From a virus (Duplodnaviria > Heunggongvirae > Uroviricota > Caudoviricetes), in IMG/VR virus record IMGVR_UViG_3300034091_000309: a stretch of DNA of 31,596 nucleotides. One strand, 5' to 3'. Position numbers and translations under genes: made by a program. Under the pieces are notes generated by a model. The model was not told where the DNA came from, did no database searches, and saw nothing but the letters and a program-made list of their open reading frames with translations. Below, in pieces: positions 1 through 8,769 of this stretch. Numbering within the stretch: the stretch's first letter is position 1; every line of letters begins with the position of its first letter.

Positions 1-1
1 T

Positions 2-745
2 CATCTCTCCTCCGGGGGGGGGGCGTCAAGGTCGATTACCGATCAGGATCTGTATCCGATCTTCCCGCACGAAAACGAGGATGGAGGAACGAGTGTTCCG
101 CAACCGGTGACGCGGCAGGGCGTGACCGTCTATCCGCCGGACGATTCCCAGCCGCAAAAGCAGAAGTTTTCGATCATCAACGGGTACCTCTACTACGACT
201 ACATCGGGCTCACGGATGGAAATCCGCATACGCTGGTCTTCGACATTCAGGCGATGGGTTGGGTGTGGGATCTGTACACTCCGCCAGCGACGATTCACGC
301 GACCAACGAGGGAGTCAGCCAGCAGGGGGTGCTGGTCGGTTGCAGCGATGGAACAATCCGGCAATTGGCAAGCGGGGGGACGGAGACCGGCACGGCCATT
401 GTTCAGACTGCAGCTATTGGCGGCACGGGCTGGCAGACCCTGGGGCCGGTCTTGATCGTCGAGTATTCGTCCTCGACTGCGATCACGCTCACCGGGTACG
501 CAGCAGACGCGGGCAACGGCAGCTATGGACCGACGGCGATCACGATTCCCTCATCGGGCGGGGCGATGACCAAGCTGAAACTGGTCTGTGGCGCAAGCAA
601 GTGGAAGCTGTTGTGGTTCCAATTCAGTTCGACGGCTCCGTTCCAACTCAATCTGGAGGGCTTTGTGGTCCAGACCAAGGACTGGGGATCGACGGGAGCC
701 TACAAGGAGATCCAGCCGTTCGCTGAAAACGGAGGGGGCGGATGA
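2..745 (+). CDS. 5'-truncated virion structural protein, C-terminal part; possibly tail-tube/nozzle or DNA-stabilisation type (P22 gp10 / T7 gp12-like)
   Basis: Frame of ORF 107..745 is open back to position 2. Beta-rich composition. Its stop overlaps the next start (ATGA at 742-745). Lies upstream of ejection-protein-like genes. Family assignment is inference from position and composition. Confidence 0.55.
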   Translation, partial: HLSSGGGASRSITDQDLYPIFPHENEDGGTSVPQPVTRQGVTVYPPDDSQPQKQKFSIINGYLYYDYIGLTDGNPHTLVFDIQAMGWVWDLYTPPATIHATNEGVSQQGVLVGCSDGTIRQLASGGTETGTAIVQTAAIGGTGWQTLGPVLIVEYSSSTAITLTGYAADAGNGSYGPTAITIPSSGGAMTKLKLVCGASKWKLLWFQFSSTAPFQLNLEGFVVQTKDWGSTGAYKEIQPFAENGGGG

Positions 746-1572
746 GCATCGATCTGGAATCCTTCCGATACCCTTTCGAGGCGGAAATTGCCCATGAAAG
801 CGAGGGCGCCAAGATCGCTCACCGAGCCGCCTTTCAGGGGATTCTCGACCTGAATCAGGCGATTGCGTACCTGAAATCGCAGTCGGCCAAAGCGGTGGCT
901 CAAAGCTCCGTTACCGAGACGACCTCGACTAGCTCAGAGACGATCATCACCCAAGCATCCACGATCATTGGCTTTGTCAACAACCAGACCGGCGCAACGT
1001 CCTACGCTACCCAGCAATCGGACTACGGGATGCTGATTGTGCTCAATGACGCTTCCCCGATCGCAGTAACGCTGACGGCGGCTCCCGTCATTACTCTTCC
1101 GTGGTACGCAACCTTCCTGAATTTGGGGACGGGGATTGTGACCTTCACTCCAGCCTCCGGGTCGCTGAACGGCGGTTCGACCTTGCCTCCCAATGGCTTT
1201 GTCGCTATCTCCTTCGACGGGACGAATTTCTGGCTCGGCCCTCCGCCGGTCGTCTTCACTCGCGGCGGGACGATTCTCACCCCGACGGGGCCGGTCAACG
1301 CGATCGTATGGTACGCTCCATTTTCCGCGACCGTAACCAATGTGCTGGGCTACACGGACGGCAGCACGGGCTCGGTCATCAACGCCCGGCGAAACGGCAC
1401 ACTGCCGCTGCTAGTAAGCAATCTCACCCTGAGCGCCGCCGACACCTGGATGGACGGCGGGGCGGTGCAGAACACGGCGATTACCGTAGGCGACAAACTT
1501 GAAATCATGGTAGTATCCGTCTCAGGTGCGCCTACGGAGATCGCGGTCGAGGTGCAGTGCACACGGCCGTGA
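742..1572 (+). CDS. putative tail-associated structural protein (276 aa)
   Basis: Coupled start. Short helical N-terminus, Thr/Ser linker, then beta-rich domains (YATQQSDYGMLIVLNDASPIAVTLT). Confidence 0.6.
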   Translation: MSIDLESFRYPFEAEIAHESEGAKIAHRAAFQGILDLNQAIAYLKSQSAKAVAQSSVTETTSTSSETIITQASTIIGFVNNQTGATSYATQQSDYGMLIVLNDASPIAVTLTAAPVITLPWYATFLNLGTGIVTFTPASGSLNGGSTLPPNGFVAISFDGTNFWLGPPPVVFTRGGTILTPTGPVNAIVWYAPFSATVTNVLGYTDGSTGSVINARRNGTLPLLVSNLTLSAADTWMDGGAVQNTAITVGDKLEIMVVSVSGAPTEIAVEVQCTRP

Positions 1573-1575
1573 GAT

Positions 1576-1611
1576 CGCCCCATCAATGAAGACCTGTCGA
1601 TGGGGAGCCCG
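1576..1611 (+). repeat. 36-nt REP-like hairpin repeat, copy 1 (intergenic)
   Basis: cg-cccc-atcaat-gaagacct-gtcgat-gggg-agccc-g; fits consensus CACCCC-N6-N8-N6'-GGGGACCCCG. Confidence 0.75.
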
Positions 1612-1644
1612 AGGATCACTTTGATGGCGCAAAAAGTATTGATT

Positions 1645-1709
1645 GAGCAACATGCCCTCCCTTGAAGGGAACCAGCAATGGCTCAAGCCAGGAAATGGCT
1701 TGGGCCATT
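1645..1709 (+). promoter_or_regulatory. two-hairpin leader motif, copy A
   Basis: gagcaacatgc, then small hairpin tccc/ggga, then 13-bp stem aatggctcaagcc/ggcttgggccatt with a GAAA-containing loop. Related to 4533-4616 and 8682-8746. Confidence 0.6.
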
Positions 1710-1735
1710 TCCATTTTCGCTCCCAGAGGCGCAGT

Positions 1736-2086
1736 TTGGAAGTTCTTCCCGATTCGCGATGCAGGGCGCCGAAGGGCATGATTCGGACGGCAGGGGTGAA
1801 TTATGTGCCGATCTTCTGCATGAACTGTGGAAGGCCGGGAGGATTGGTCTCAGAGCGCGGAGTGAACTTCGTGGGCTGGATGTGCGATGCCTGCCAGGAG
1901 AAGTACCCGCTTTTGCCGGGAACCTATGCCGTCCCCGATACCGCCTTCCAGCGCCAGGTGGAGGCGGAGATGGTGGAGAAGCATGGGCGCATTCTCACCG
2001 CCCAAGAGATTGCGGAAGCGCTAAAAGATGAACGCAGCTCGCTGGCGCGGCTGGCCAAGGATCGTCCCGTTTTCGGGAAGAACTAA
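1736..2086 (+). CDS. small Zn-binding protein (CxxC...CxxC), ~116 aa
   Basis: Part of ORF 1643..2086. TTG start at 1736 chosen because a gagg RBS precedes it and the upstream part is occupied by the hairpin motif. Motifs FCMNCG and MCDAC. Confidence 0.65.
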   Translation: MEVLPDSRCRAPKGMIRTAGVNYVPIFCMNCGRPGGLVSERGVNFVGWMCDACQEKYPLLPGTYAVPDTAFQRQVEAEMVEKHGRILTAQEIAEALKDERSSLARLAKDRPVFGKN

Positions 2087-2097
2087 GGAGAAACGTT

Positions 2098-2583
2098 ATG
2101 GCTCAATGCGTCTATGTGGATGGACTGGCAACGCCGGGAAACTTCACAACCAGCGGGTCGGCAAACACGGAAGTCGATGCGATTTATTTTAAGGCCTCCG
2201 CTTCCGGGGGAAGCGTGAACCTGCTGAGGATCGACTGCGGCGGCAAGAGTTCCGGGTTGACCACTCTGACCAGCATCGAACTGCGGGTGAGAACTTATGG
2301 CACAGGATCGACGAGCGGGACGGCGGCTTCCATCGTGCCGGTCGACCCGGCAATCCAGGCGGCGACCCATACCGCCTTCACGGGAGGCACGGCGGGCAGC
2401 ACTCCGAAGTACATGATGAGCCTCGTCATGGGCGCGACAGGGCCCGGCTCATGGTTTGCGCTGAATCCCGACATGGCTCCGAAGCTGGCGCCGGCCAGCA
2501 CTACGGCGTCGCTGGACATTCTTTCCACGTCCGGTGGAACCTCGCTGCCTTTTGTTCTCACGGCGCAGGTCGCTGAACTGTAA
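2098..2583 (+). CDS. putative accessory virion protein (161 aa, T/S/A/G-rich)
   Basis: RBS aaggag upstream; beta-rich composition; operon context. Confidence 0.7.
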   Translation: MAQCVYVDGLATPGNFTTSGSANTEVDAIYFKASASGGSVNLLRIDCGGKSSGLTTLTSIELRVRTYGTGSTSGTAASIVPVDPAIQAATHTAFTGGTAGSTPKYMMSLVMGATGPGSWFALNPDMAPKLAPASTTASLDILSTSGGTSLPFVLTAQVAEL

Positions 2584-2594
2584 CCGGAGATTGA

Positions 2595-3626
2595 ATGCCG
2601 ACATCTACCACCATCCCGATCACGCCAGGTAGCGGAATCAACCTTGACGCCGAACAGCTCACGGTTGGTTCCAATACCGTTGCGCGCGAGAACATCTGCA
2701 TTGCGGACCCGACTGCGGCGGCGAACATTGCCGGAGTAACCGCCGCGGGGCAATTGATCGTCACCAGCAGTTCTTCCGAGATCATCGATCCGAATAACTC
2801 ATCAACCGCTCTTTTGGGAGCCAACGGAGTTTTCACCGGAACCTTTACTGTCGCGACGGGATTCGCTTCTCTGGCGGTGGAGGTGGACACCGACCAGCTC
2901 AGCGCCAACACTTCAACGACCGGTCTGGTGGTGCAATGGTCGGAGGACGGTGTCAATGTCGGCGACGCCGATATTGCTTACATTCTTGCCCAAGACCTTA
3001 TTACGTCGACTTTGGGCGGCCAGACCTATGTTTTTCCTGTGAAGCGCCCGTATTACAGCATCCAGTACACGAACGGCGCAACCGCGCAGACGGTCTTTCG
3101 GCTGCAATGCATCCTGAAGGTCGCGCCGATTGTTGGCGCGTTGACGGACCTGGGCGACGAGATTACCGGCAATATGCACAGCAGCTTGGTCCGCAACCTT
3201 TCGTTTGGCCGGCAGGCGGGCGGCAGTTCCACTTTCCAGGATTTTACGGTAAAGGCGGCATCGACGGCGGCCGTTGCCACCGATCCTGCGCTCGTGGTCG
3301 CAGTCAGCCCGAATAACACCGTTAGCGTGTCGGATGTGGCATCTGCTTCCGCGGGGAACGCCCCAGCGATTATTTCCATTGCGACAAGTTCTACGACGGT
3401 GCTGGCCTCGAACGCAGCGAGAAAAGGCTGCAACCTGATGAACATGAGCAACGAGACGATCAGCTTGGCCTTCGGCAGCAACGCCGCCGTGCTTTACAGC
3501 GGAGCGACGCTGGGACCGGGCGGGGCGTTCTGGATGGATGCGTTTGACTTCACCACCGCCGCCATCAACGCGATCAGCACCAACGTAGCCCAGGGCGGGT
3601 ATCTGGGTGTGCAGGAGTATCAATAA
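2595..3626 (+). CDS. putative accessory virion protein (343 aa)
   Basis: RBS ggag. T/S/A/V-rich. C-terminal domain resembles the 5361..5654 product. Confidence 0.7.
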   Translation: MPTSTTIPITPGSGINLDAEQLTVGSNTVARENICIADPTAAANIAGVTAAGQLIVTSSSSEIIDPNNSSTALLGANGVFTGTFTVATGFASLAVEVDTDQLSANTSTTGLVVQWSEDGVNVGDADIAYILAQDLITSTLGGQTYVFPVKRPYYSIQYTNGATAQTVFRLQCILKVAPIVGALTDLGDEITGNMHSSLVRNLSFGRQAGGSSTFQDFTVKAASTAAVATDPALVVAVSPNNTVSVSDVASASAGNAPAIISIATSSTTVLASNAARKGCNLMNMSNETISLAFGSNAAVLYSGATLGPGGAFWMDAFDFTTAAINAISTNVAQGGYLGVQEYQ

Positions 3627-4504
3627 TGCCTGTACAGAATCCATTCGCGATCAACAACATCGGCAACATCAGCCAGTGGGACGGGACCAATCTCGGTCCG
3701 CCTTCGGCCTACGGAACGCCACCTACCGGCAGCGTGGTTCCCGGCGTCAACGCCAGTTCTGCAATCACAGAACTAGCGGCCACTCTCGGTACGCTGACGG
3801 CGCAATCGGGCGCCAACAGCATCGTCAGCGTCTCGACTATCGGTATGGGCGTGGCCGGCGTGGTGTTGAGCGGCACGTATGGGGCGAACACGGTGGTTGT
3901 TTTCGAGTACACGCAAGACGGCTCGATCTGGGTTCCGGTTTTTGGTGCGCCCAGCTTATCCGCTACGCAGATGGCCACAGTCACGCTGACCGCCAACCAG
4001 ACGTTTCCAATCGATTTTGGAGTTTACGGCTCGACGAACTTTCGTGTCCGCTGCACGACCTATGTGAGCGGTACGATCAATGTCAACATCATCCTCAGCG
4101 CGGCGAACGTCGAGCCAGCGCCGACGGTGGCGGCAATCGTAACGGACGGGGCCGGAAACAGTCTCGGCACGATGTCGGCCTATGGAACCTCTCCGGGCGC
4201 TGTCCTTGCGGTTCCGATCAACGCAAACGTCACTAACACGGTAATGGCAATGGATTCGTCCACGGGTTTGGTCGGGGCGACAGCGCCATCCTACGCCTCA
4301 GCGAATGGATATGCCAATCCGCAAGGATTGGAGACTGCGGTAAGCACATTCAGCCCCTTTCCCATCCAGAGCGACCCACTGCTGCTTCAGGTGGTGGACA
4401 TGCTGGAGCGCATTCTGGCTTGTCTTGAGGCGACGAAAAAGATGAGCGGTTCCGCGTTCGACAACTTCGAGAGAACCGAAGACCACTTTCACGAAATGAA
4501 CTGA
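3626..4504 (+). CDS. putative accessory virion protein (292 aa)
   Basis: TAATG stop/start overlap. Internal repeat LGxxSAYGTxP...P(V/I)NA occurs twice. Confidence 0.7.
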   Translation: MPVQNPFAINNIGNISQWDGTNLGPPSAYGTPPTGSVVPGVNASSAITELAATLGTLTAQSGANSIVSVSTIGMGVAGVVLSGTYGANTVVVFEYTQDGSIWVPVFGAPSLSATQMATVTLTANQTFPIDFGVYGSTNFRVRCTTYVSGTINVNIILSAANVEPAPTVAAIVTDGAGNSLGTMSAYGTSPGAVLAVPINANVTNTVMAMDSSTGLVGATAPSYASANGYANPQGLETAVSTFSPFPIQSDPLLLQVVDMLERILACLEATKKMSGSAFDNFERTEDHFHEMN

Positions 4505-4532
4505 GGACCGAGATCCTCAAACTGAACTTATC

Positions 4533-4616
4533 GAGCGACATGCTCCTCCTTGCGGAGAACAGGCAATGGCTCAAACCGAGAGGGTTTTCAACCCTAGCTA
4601 GGTATGGACCATTTGC
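4533..4616 (+). promoter_or_regulatory. two-hairpin leader motif, copy B (with an extra inserted hairpin)
   Basis: gagcgacatgc, tcc/gga hairpin, gcaatggctcaaacc-GAGA-gggttt, extra cctagctagg palindrome, then tggaccatttgc closing the long stem. Confidence 0.55.
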
Positions 4617-4640
4617 TTTGGCCCGAAAAAGGAGAAGACG

Positions 4641-5291
4641 ATGGCATTGCCGATCACAGGACAGGCGCAGGGACTGGTTCTTGCCGCCTCGCAGAAATCA
4701 GGTCAACCGGCGTCAGTCAGCACAGGTTGGCACAACGAATTATTGCTGACGGAACTTTTACCGCGTTACTCGAATCTCGTTCAAGCGGGCGTAGTCTTCG
4801 AAATCAACTTTCCGGCGGCGGCTTTCGCGGCTCCTTCCGCTACATCCACGGGCGCATTCTTTTTGTTCAATCAGCCCAACAGCGGCAAGAATCTACATCT
4901 GATTGACACGCAGGTGGCTGTGACTACATTCACAGCTATTGCTACAGCTTCAATGGCTGTTGCAATCATTCCTGTGCCGAACCAGACGCCGACTTCTACA
5001 TCGTCTACTGGCGTGACGATTTATAACGCTCTTGTCGGTGCGTCCAACCCAACCGTTGCCAAGGGATACGTCTCTGGAACGCTGGTTGGCGCTCCCGTAT
5101 TGGGTCAGCGCACCATCGCCTCATTCGTCATCCTCACAGCGGTGGGTGCGGGTGCATTGTGGCAAAAAGATGTTATTGATGGTGCGGTGGTCGTGGCTCC
5201 CGGCTCAGGTATCGAAATTCAGTCCGTGAGTGGAACAGAAGCCGACATCACGGGAATTGTTGGGCTGACCTGGGCCGAATTGCCGGTGTAA
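4641..5291 (+). CDS. putative accessory virion protein (216 aa)
   Basis: RBS aaggag. A/T/V/G-rich beta composition. Visibly more T-ending codons than neighbours. Confidence 0.7.
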   Translation: MALPITGQAQGLVLAASQKSGQPASVSTGWHNELLLTELLPRYSNLVQAGVVFEINFPAAAFAAPSATSTGAFFLFNQPNSGKNLHLIDTQVAVTTFTAIATASMAVAIIPVPNQTPTSTSSTGVTIYNALVGASNPTVAKGYVSGTLVGAPVLGQRTIASFVILTAVGAGALWQKDVIDGAVVVAPGSGIEIQSVSGTEADITGIVGLTWAELPV

Positions 5292-5360
5292 GCGTCCGTT
5301 TGTCATCTGGCGGGGGAGGGATGGTAGACGGCCAGCTTCCCCGTAGGGTAGGAGGCTGCG

Positions 5361-5654
5361 TTGATTAACGTCAATGTACAAGCGACGGTTCGCCCCGGCA
5401 ACATTTTTTCCGGGCAGCAGGCCGTGACGACCACGGCGGCGCCTTTGCCTGCAAACATTCTGGCGGCCAGCATCACGGTACAGGCAAGGACCACCAATAC
5501 GATCAGCATTTTTTTGGGTGGAGCGGCTGTTACCACGACAACGGGATTGGAACTACCGCCTGGGGCAGCGATCACTCTTCAAATAACAAATTCAAACGTC
5601 GTGTATGTCGTGGCGGCGAGTACAGGAGCGAATGTGTCATGGGCAGGAAACTGA
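5361..5654 (+). CDS. small single-domain beta protein (97 aa)
   Basis: TTG start after ggagg. Motif NTISIFLGGAAVTTTTGLELPPG. Confidence 0.65.
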   Translation: MINVNVQATVRPGNIFSGQQAVTTTAAPLPANILAASITVQARTTNTISIFLGGAAVTTTTGLELPPGAAITLQITNSNVVYVVAASTGANVSWAGN

Positions 5655-7690
5655 TCTTTGCAGCCGCAATAGCTTTGGTTTTGCTGCTGACTTCGCCAGC
5701 ATGGGCGCAGTATTATCCGCCTGTTACGGGGAAGTCCACGTTCACAAACGCGAACGGCAATGGGCTGGACCAGTTTTATTCAATCCTCCGGCAGTCGCAG
5801 AATGGCGTGGTCCGCATCGTGTCCTTCGGCGACAGCATTATACGATGCTATCAAGTCACGCCCTGCGTCTATGGAGCTTACAACGCCGCAAACAACCCGA
5901 TGATTGGATTGCGGAATGAGCTGCTCAAATACACCGCACAATACTCCACGGGAATGCGTACCCCATTCACCATGGCGCCCATTGGCAATGACAGTGTGGA
6001 TGGCGGCGAGGGCGGGTATGTGCTCACAAGCGGCACCATCACACAATCCAATGCCGGAGGCACCGCCGTCTTCGGGCCTGGACAGACGGGATTCTCATTC
6101 AACGGGAACGCCCTGCTGGAGATGACCACTAGCGGAGGGGTACTGACCATCACGCCGGGTCAGGCATGGACAAGCGTCAACATCTACTGCGTCGAGACCT
6201 CCACCAGCACAGGCTGGACTGTAACTGCTGTAACTGCATTTGCTTCAACCTCTATCGGGACAGCTTGTAATGGCACCACCAGCACCGCAACGGGCTTCAA
6301 TCAGAACTTTTCTACCGCCAGCCTTGAAACATTCTCCTGTTCTTCCTGCACCATCGCGGGCAATGTGCTGACATTGGGCGGGACGATAACGGGCCAACTT
6401 GGCATCGGCGCAACTGTAGCATCGGGATCGGGTGTCACGGTTGGAACGACCGTTGGCCCATTATTGAGCGGCACAGCGAACACCTCCGGGGCCACCTATC
6501 AGCTTTCCGCTTCTTTCACGGTCTCCTCTGGCGAAGCGATGACCTTCAACGGTGGCCTGGTGAGCATTAACTTCACCCTGACCTCGCTGGGCACATCCTC
6601 TTATCTCGGCGGGTACGAGGCAATCACCACAATGGGAACTACAGGCGTCGTGGTGGACGAATTAGGGGAAGCCTCGGCGGTGGCGGCATACTGGACCCAG
6701 AATGCAACCGCCTTGGGTTGGTTCAACCTGCTGCCGGGGAACGTCGCGCTGTGCATCCTGGAGGACGGCGAGAACGATTCGTATAACTCGATTGCCGCAA
6801 ACATCGTAACTGCGAACCTCCAAGTGGTTGCCACAGTCTGCCAGAATCGAGGCGCATCCGTATTGCTGTGGATTCCCCCGCCATGGGGCGGAGCGGTCGC
6901 CGCGTATACCGACATTCAGTTGGCGGAATGGCAATATGGGCAAGCTCCCGCTACCGGGGCACCTTGGGACATCCTCGTGATGGGGGACTTATTTCCCTTT
7001 GGAGGAGTGACGGGAACTTCGGGAGCCGGAGGCACACCGAACTTTCTAGTGCAGAATAACAACACAGGCTATATGGTTGCTGCGCAGTTGCTTGCTACGG
7101 ATAGCGAACACCCCACGGATTTCGGCGCATGTTTGATAACCAACCAGCTATTCCAGCACCTCTCTGGCGGGCGACTCAAATCTCCCTGCTACAACGCGAA
7201 CCCGGAGAACATCCAACAGCAAAATACCCGGACATTGACGGCGGCCTACACGAATGCAAGTACCACATTTAGCCCAATCTGCGAGGCAAGCTGTGTGCAT
7301 ACCTTCGAATACAACATCTCCGCCTTTGAGGTGCTGCATATCGACTGCACCCTCCAGTACCAAGTTTCCGCAACGACGGATGGGCTGATACTAGAGCTGG
7401 CCCAAACCACCGGCTCGGCGACTCCGGTCTTCGTGACGCAGAGCCTTCAGTGGTTCACGTCGGCGACGGCGTACAACAATGCCGGGGTGACTGGCACTGC
7501 CTTCGCTACGCAAATACCGACGACGGGAGTAGCCGCAACCGTCATCACAACGAACTACGTAGCTCATTACACAGCCGTTGTCCAGCAATCGACCACCGTC
7601 AATTCCGCTTCCACGGTCACGGTAGAAGCGAAGGGCGTGGGAACGGGCACACTGACCATCAATGCCGGATCGGCCTGCTACGCATGGTAA
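5639..7690 (+). CDS. SGNH/GDSL-family esterase-like protein with N-terminal signal peptide (683 aa)
   Basis: Block I IVSFGDSI, block III LEDGEND, block V TDSEHP. N-terminus MGRKLIFAAAIALVLLLTSPAWA-Q has signal-peptide form. Confidence 0.7.
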   Translation: MGRKLIFAAAIALVLLLTSPAWAQYYPPVTGKSTFTNANGNGLDQFYSILRQSQNGVVRIVSFGDSIIRCYQVTPCVYGAYNAANNPMIGLRNELLKYTAQYSTGMRTPFTMAPIGNDSVDGGEGGYVLTSGTITQSNAGGTAVFGPGQTGFSFNGNALLEMTTSGGVLTITPGQAWTSVNIYCVETSTSTGWTVTAVTAFASTSIGTACNGTTSTATGFNQNFSTASLETFSCSSCTIAGNVLTLGGTITGQLGIGATVASGSGVTVGTTVGPLLSGTANTSGATYQLSASFTVSSGEAMTFNGGLVSINFTLTSLGTSSYLGGYEAITTMGTTGVVVDELGEASAVAAYWTQNATALGWFNLLPGNVALCILEDGENDSYNSIAANIVTANLQVVATVCQNRGASVLLWIPPPWGGAVAAYTDIQLAEWQYGQAPATGAPWDILVMGDLFPFGGVTGTSGAGGTPNFLVQNNNTGYMVAAQLLATDSEHPTDFGACLITNQLFQHLSGGRLKSPCYNANPENIQQQNTRTLTAAYTNASTTFSPICEASCVHTFEYNISAFEVLHIDCTLQYQVSATTDGLILELAQTTGSATPVFVTQSLQWFTSATAYNNAGVTGTAFATQIPTTGVAATVITTNYVAHYTAVVQQSTTVNSASTVTVEAKGVGTGTLTINAGSACYAW

Positions 7691-7716
7691 GCGAGGGTTG
7701 TATCGCGGAGTGATCC

Positions 7717-8553
7717 ATGCCCCTTGCTGGAATCCTCGCAACCCGTACTTCCGCTGTAACTGCGGCGCTTGACGACGGCAGCGATGGGTGGCTGATAAGC
7801 GTGCAGCAGGGCGCGGCTGCGATTGCCTCCATCCTGGCGCTTAGCCTGGCCACCTTGGCGGCGGCGCAGCAGCCATACATCCCCGACGAACTGCCGATCA
7901 TCTCGGTCGATGAGGCCTACGCGCCGGTTCAGGCCCCGCCGGTCATCCCACCCTGGGCCCTGCCTCAACTTCCTCTCGATGCCGATTACGCTCCGGCGAT
8001 CACGGTAGACGAGCAGGGGCCGATACCCGTTCCGGCTCCCGCGGCGACCTGGAACCTCTTCCCTCTGCCGATCGACGCGGATCAACTGCCCTCGCAGTTG
8101 GACGAGATCTATGCGGTCGGGCCTCAAAGTGTATGGGATCAAGGCTGGACTGTTCCGGTTCCGGTTCCCGATCCAGAGTATGCTCCTTCGATCTCAGTCG
8201 AAGAAGCATATCTGGTTCCGATAGCTCCAGTCCAAGCGCCGTGGAGTTTCCAACAGATCACTGCCGATACGGACTATGTTCCCCCTCCATCTTTTGGGCT
8301 GGAGGAGCCGTACCGGACCGACTCGGCGGCACCATGGGATGTGCGCTGGGTGCTGGCTCCCGACCAGTACACGGCGGAGGTCGTGCCCTACACGCCACCG
8401 GCCTTTTGTCCGGATGAGGTGTACCAGGTCAACCTCGCCGCTCCCTGGGAGGCCGGAAATCTGGCTCTGCAGCAGCAGATCTTTCCCGATGAATTTCTGC
8501 CCTCGACGCGCAAGGCATCACTGGTGATCTGGATTGTAGACGATTTTGCATGA
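7717..8553 (+). CDS. Pro/Asp/Glu-rich repeat protein (278 aa)
   Basis: About six imperfect ~35-aa repeats of the form I.(V/L)(D/E)E.Y...PW...D.Y after a hydrophobic segment. Confidence 0.65.
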   Translation: MPLAGILATRTSAVTAALDDGSDGWLISVQQGAAAIASILALSLATLAAAQQPYIPDELPIISVDEAYAPVQAPPVIPPWALPQLPLDADYAPAITVDEQGPIPVPAPAATWNLFPLPIDADQLPSQLDEIYAVGPQSVWDQGWTVPVPVPDPEYAPSISVEEAYLVPIAPVQAPWSFQQITADTDYVPPPSFGLEEPYRTDSAAPWDVRWVLAPDQYTAEVVPYTPPAFCPDEVYQVNLAAPWEAGNLALQQQIFPDEFLPSTRKASLVIWIVDDFA

Positions 8554-8584
8554 CCACCGCGCGGACGAAAGCGCAATTGAAGCG

Positions 8585-8613
8585 TTGCTACAGGCCGCGG
8601 TTAAGGATAGTAT
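8585..8613 (+). promoter_or_regulatory. putative sigma70-type promoter
   Basis: TTGCTA-17 nt-TAGTAT upstream of the ejection-protein genes. Confidence 0.4.
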
Positions 8614-8634
8614 GTAGGCGCAAGAAGAATCGGC

Positions 8635-8671
8635 CAGCCCAGCGAACAGAAATCGTTCGCCGGGGACCTCG
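8635..8671 (+). repeat. 37-nt REP-like hairpin repeat, copy 2 (intergenic, variant loop)
   Basis: cagcccagcgaac-agaaatc-gttcgccggggacctcg; most like the copy at 14158. Confidence 0.65.
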
Positions 8672-8681
8672 ATCATCATGT

Positions 8682-8746
8682 GAGCGACATGCCCCCCCGA
8701 ATGGGGAAGAAGCAATGGCTCAACCAGAAACGGTTGGGCCATTGCT
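8682..8746 (+). promoter_or_regulatory. two-hairpin leader motif, copy C
   Basis: gagcgacatgc, cccc/gggg hairpin, then 15-bp stem agcaatggctcaacc/ggttgggccattgct with loop agaaac. Confidence 0.6.
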
Positions 8747-8769
8747 GTTTCTGGCCCAAGGGGGACGGT

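Noticed and set aside
1643-1735. N-terminal extensions reading ..QWLKP.. in ORFs 1643..2086, 4540..4749 and 8680..9333 as a shared peptide
   Set aside because: The similarity is explained by the DNA/RNA hairpin motif; better RBS/start pairs lie downstream, and ORF 4540..4749 overlaps the real gene out of frame.
742-8553. Diversity-generating retroelement targeting the tail/accessory genes
   Set aside because: No reverse transcriptase and no template/variable repeat pair differing at adenines was seen in this window.
1645-8746. Three-copy motif as a known riboswitch or ribozyme (c-di-GMP, c-di-AMP, SAM, twister, pistol, HDV)
   Set aside because: The conserved cores of those families, as I recall them, are not present; kept as an unknown motif pending an Rfam search.
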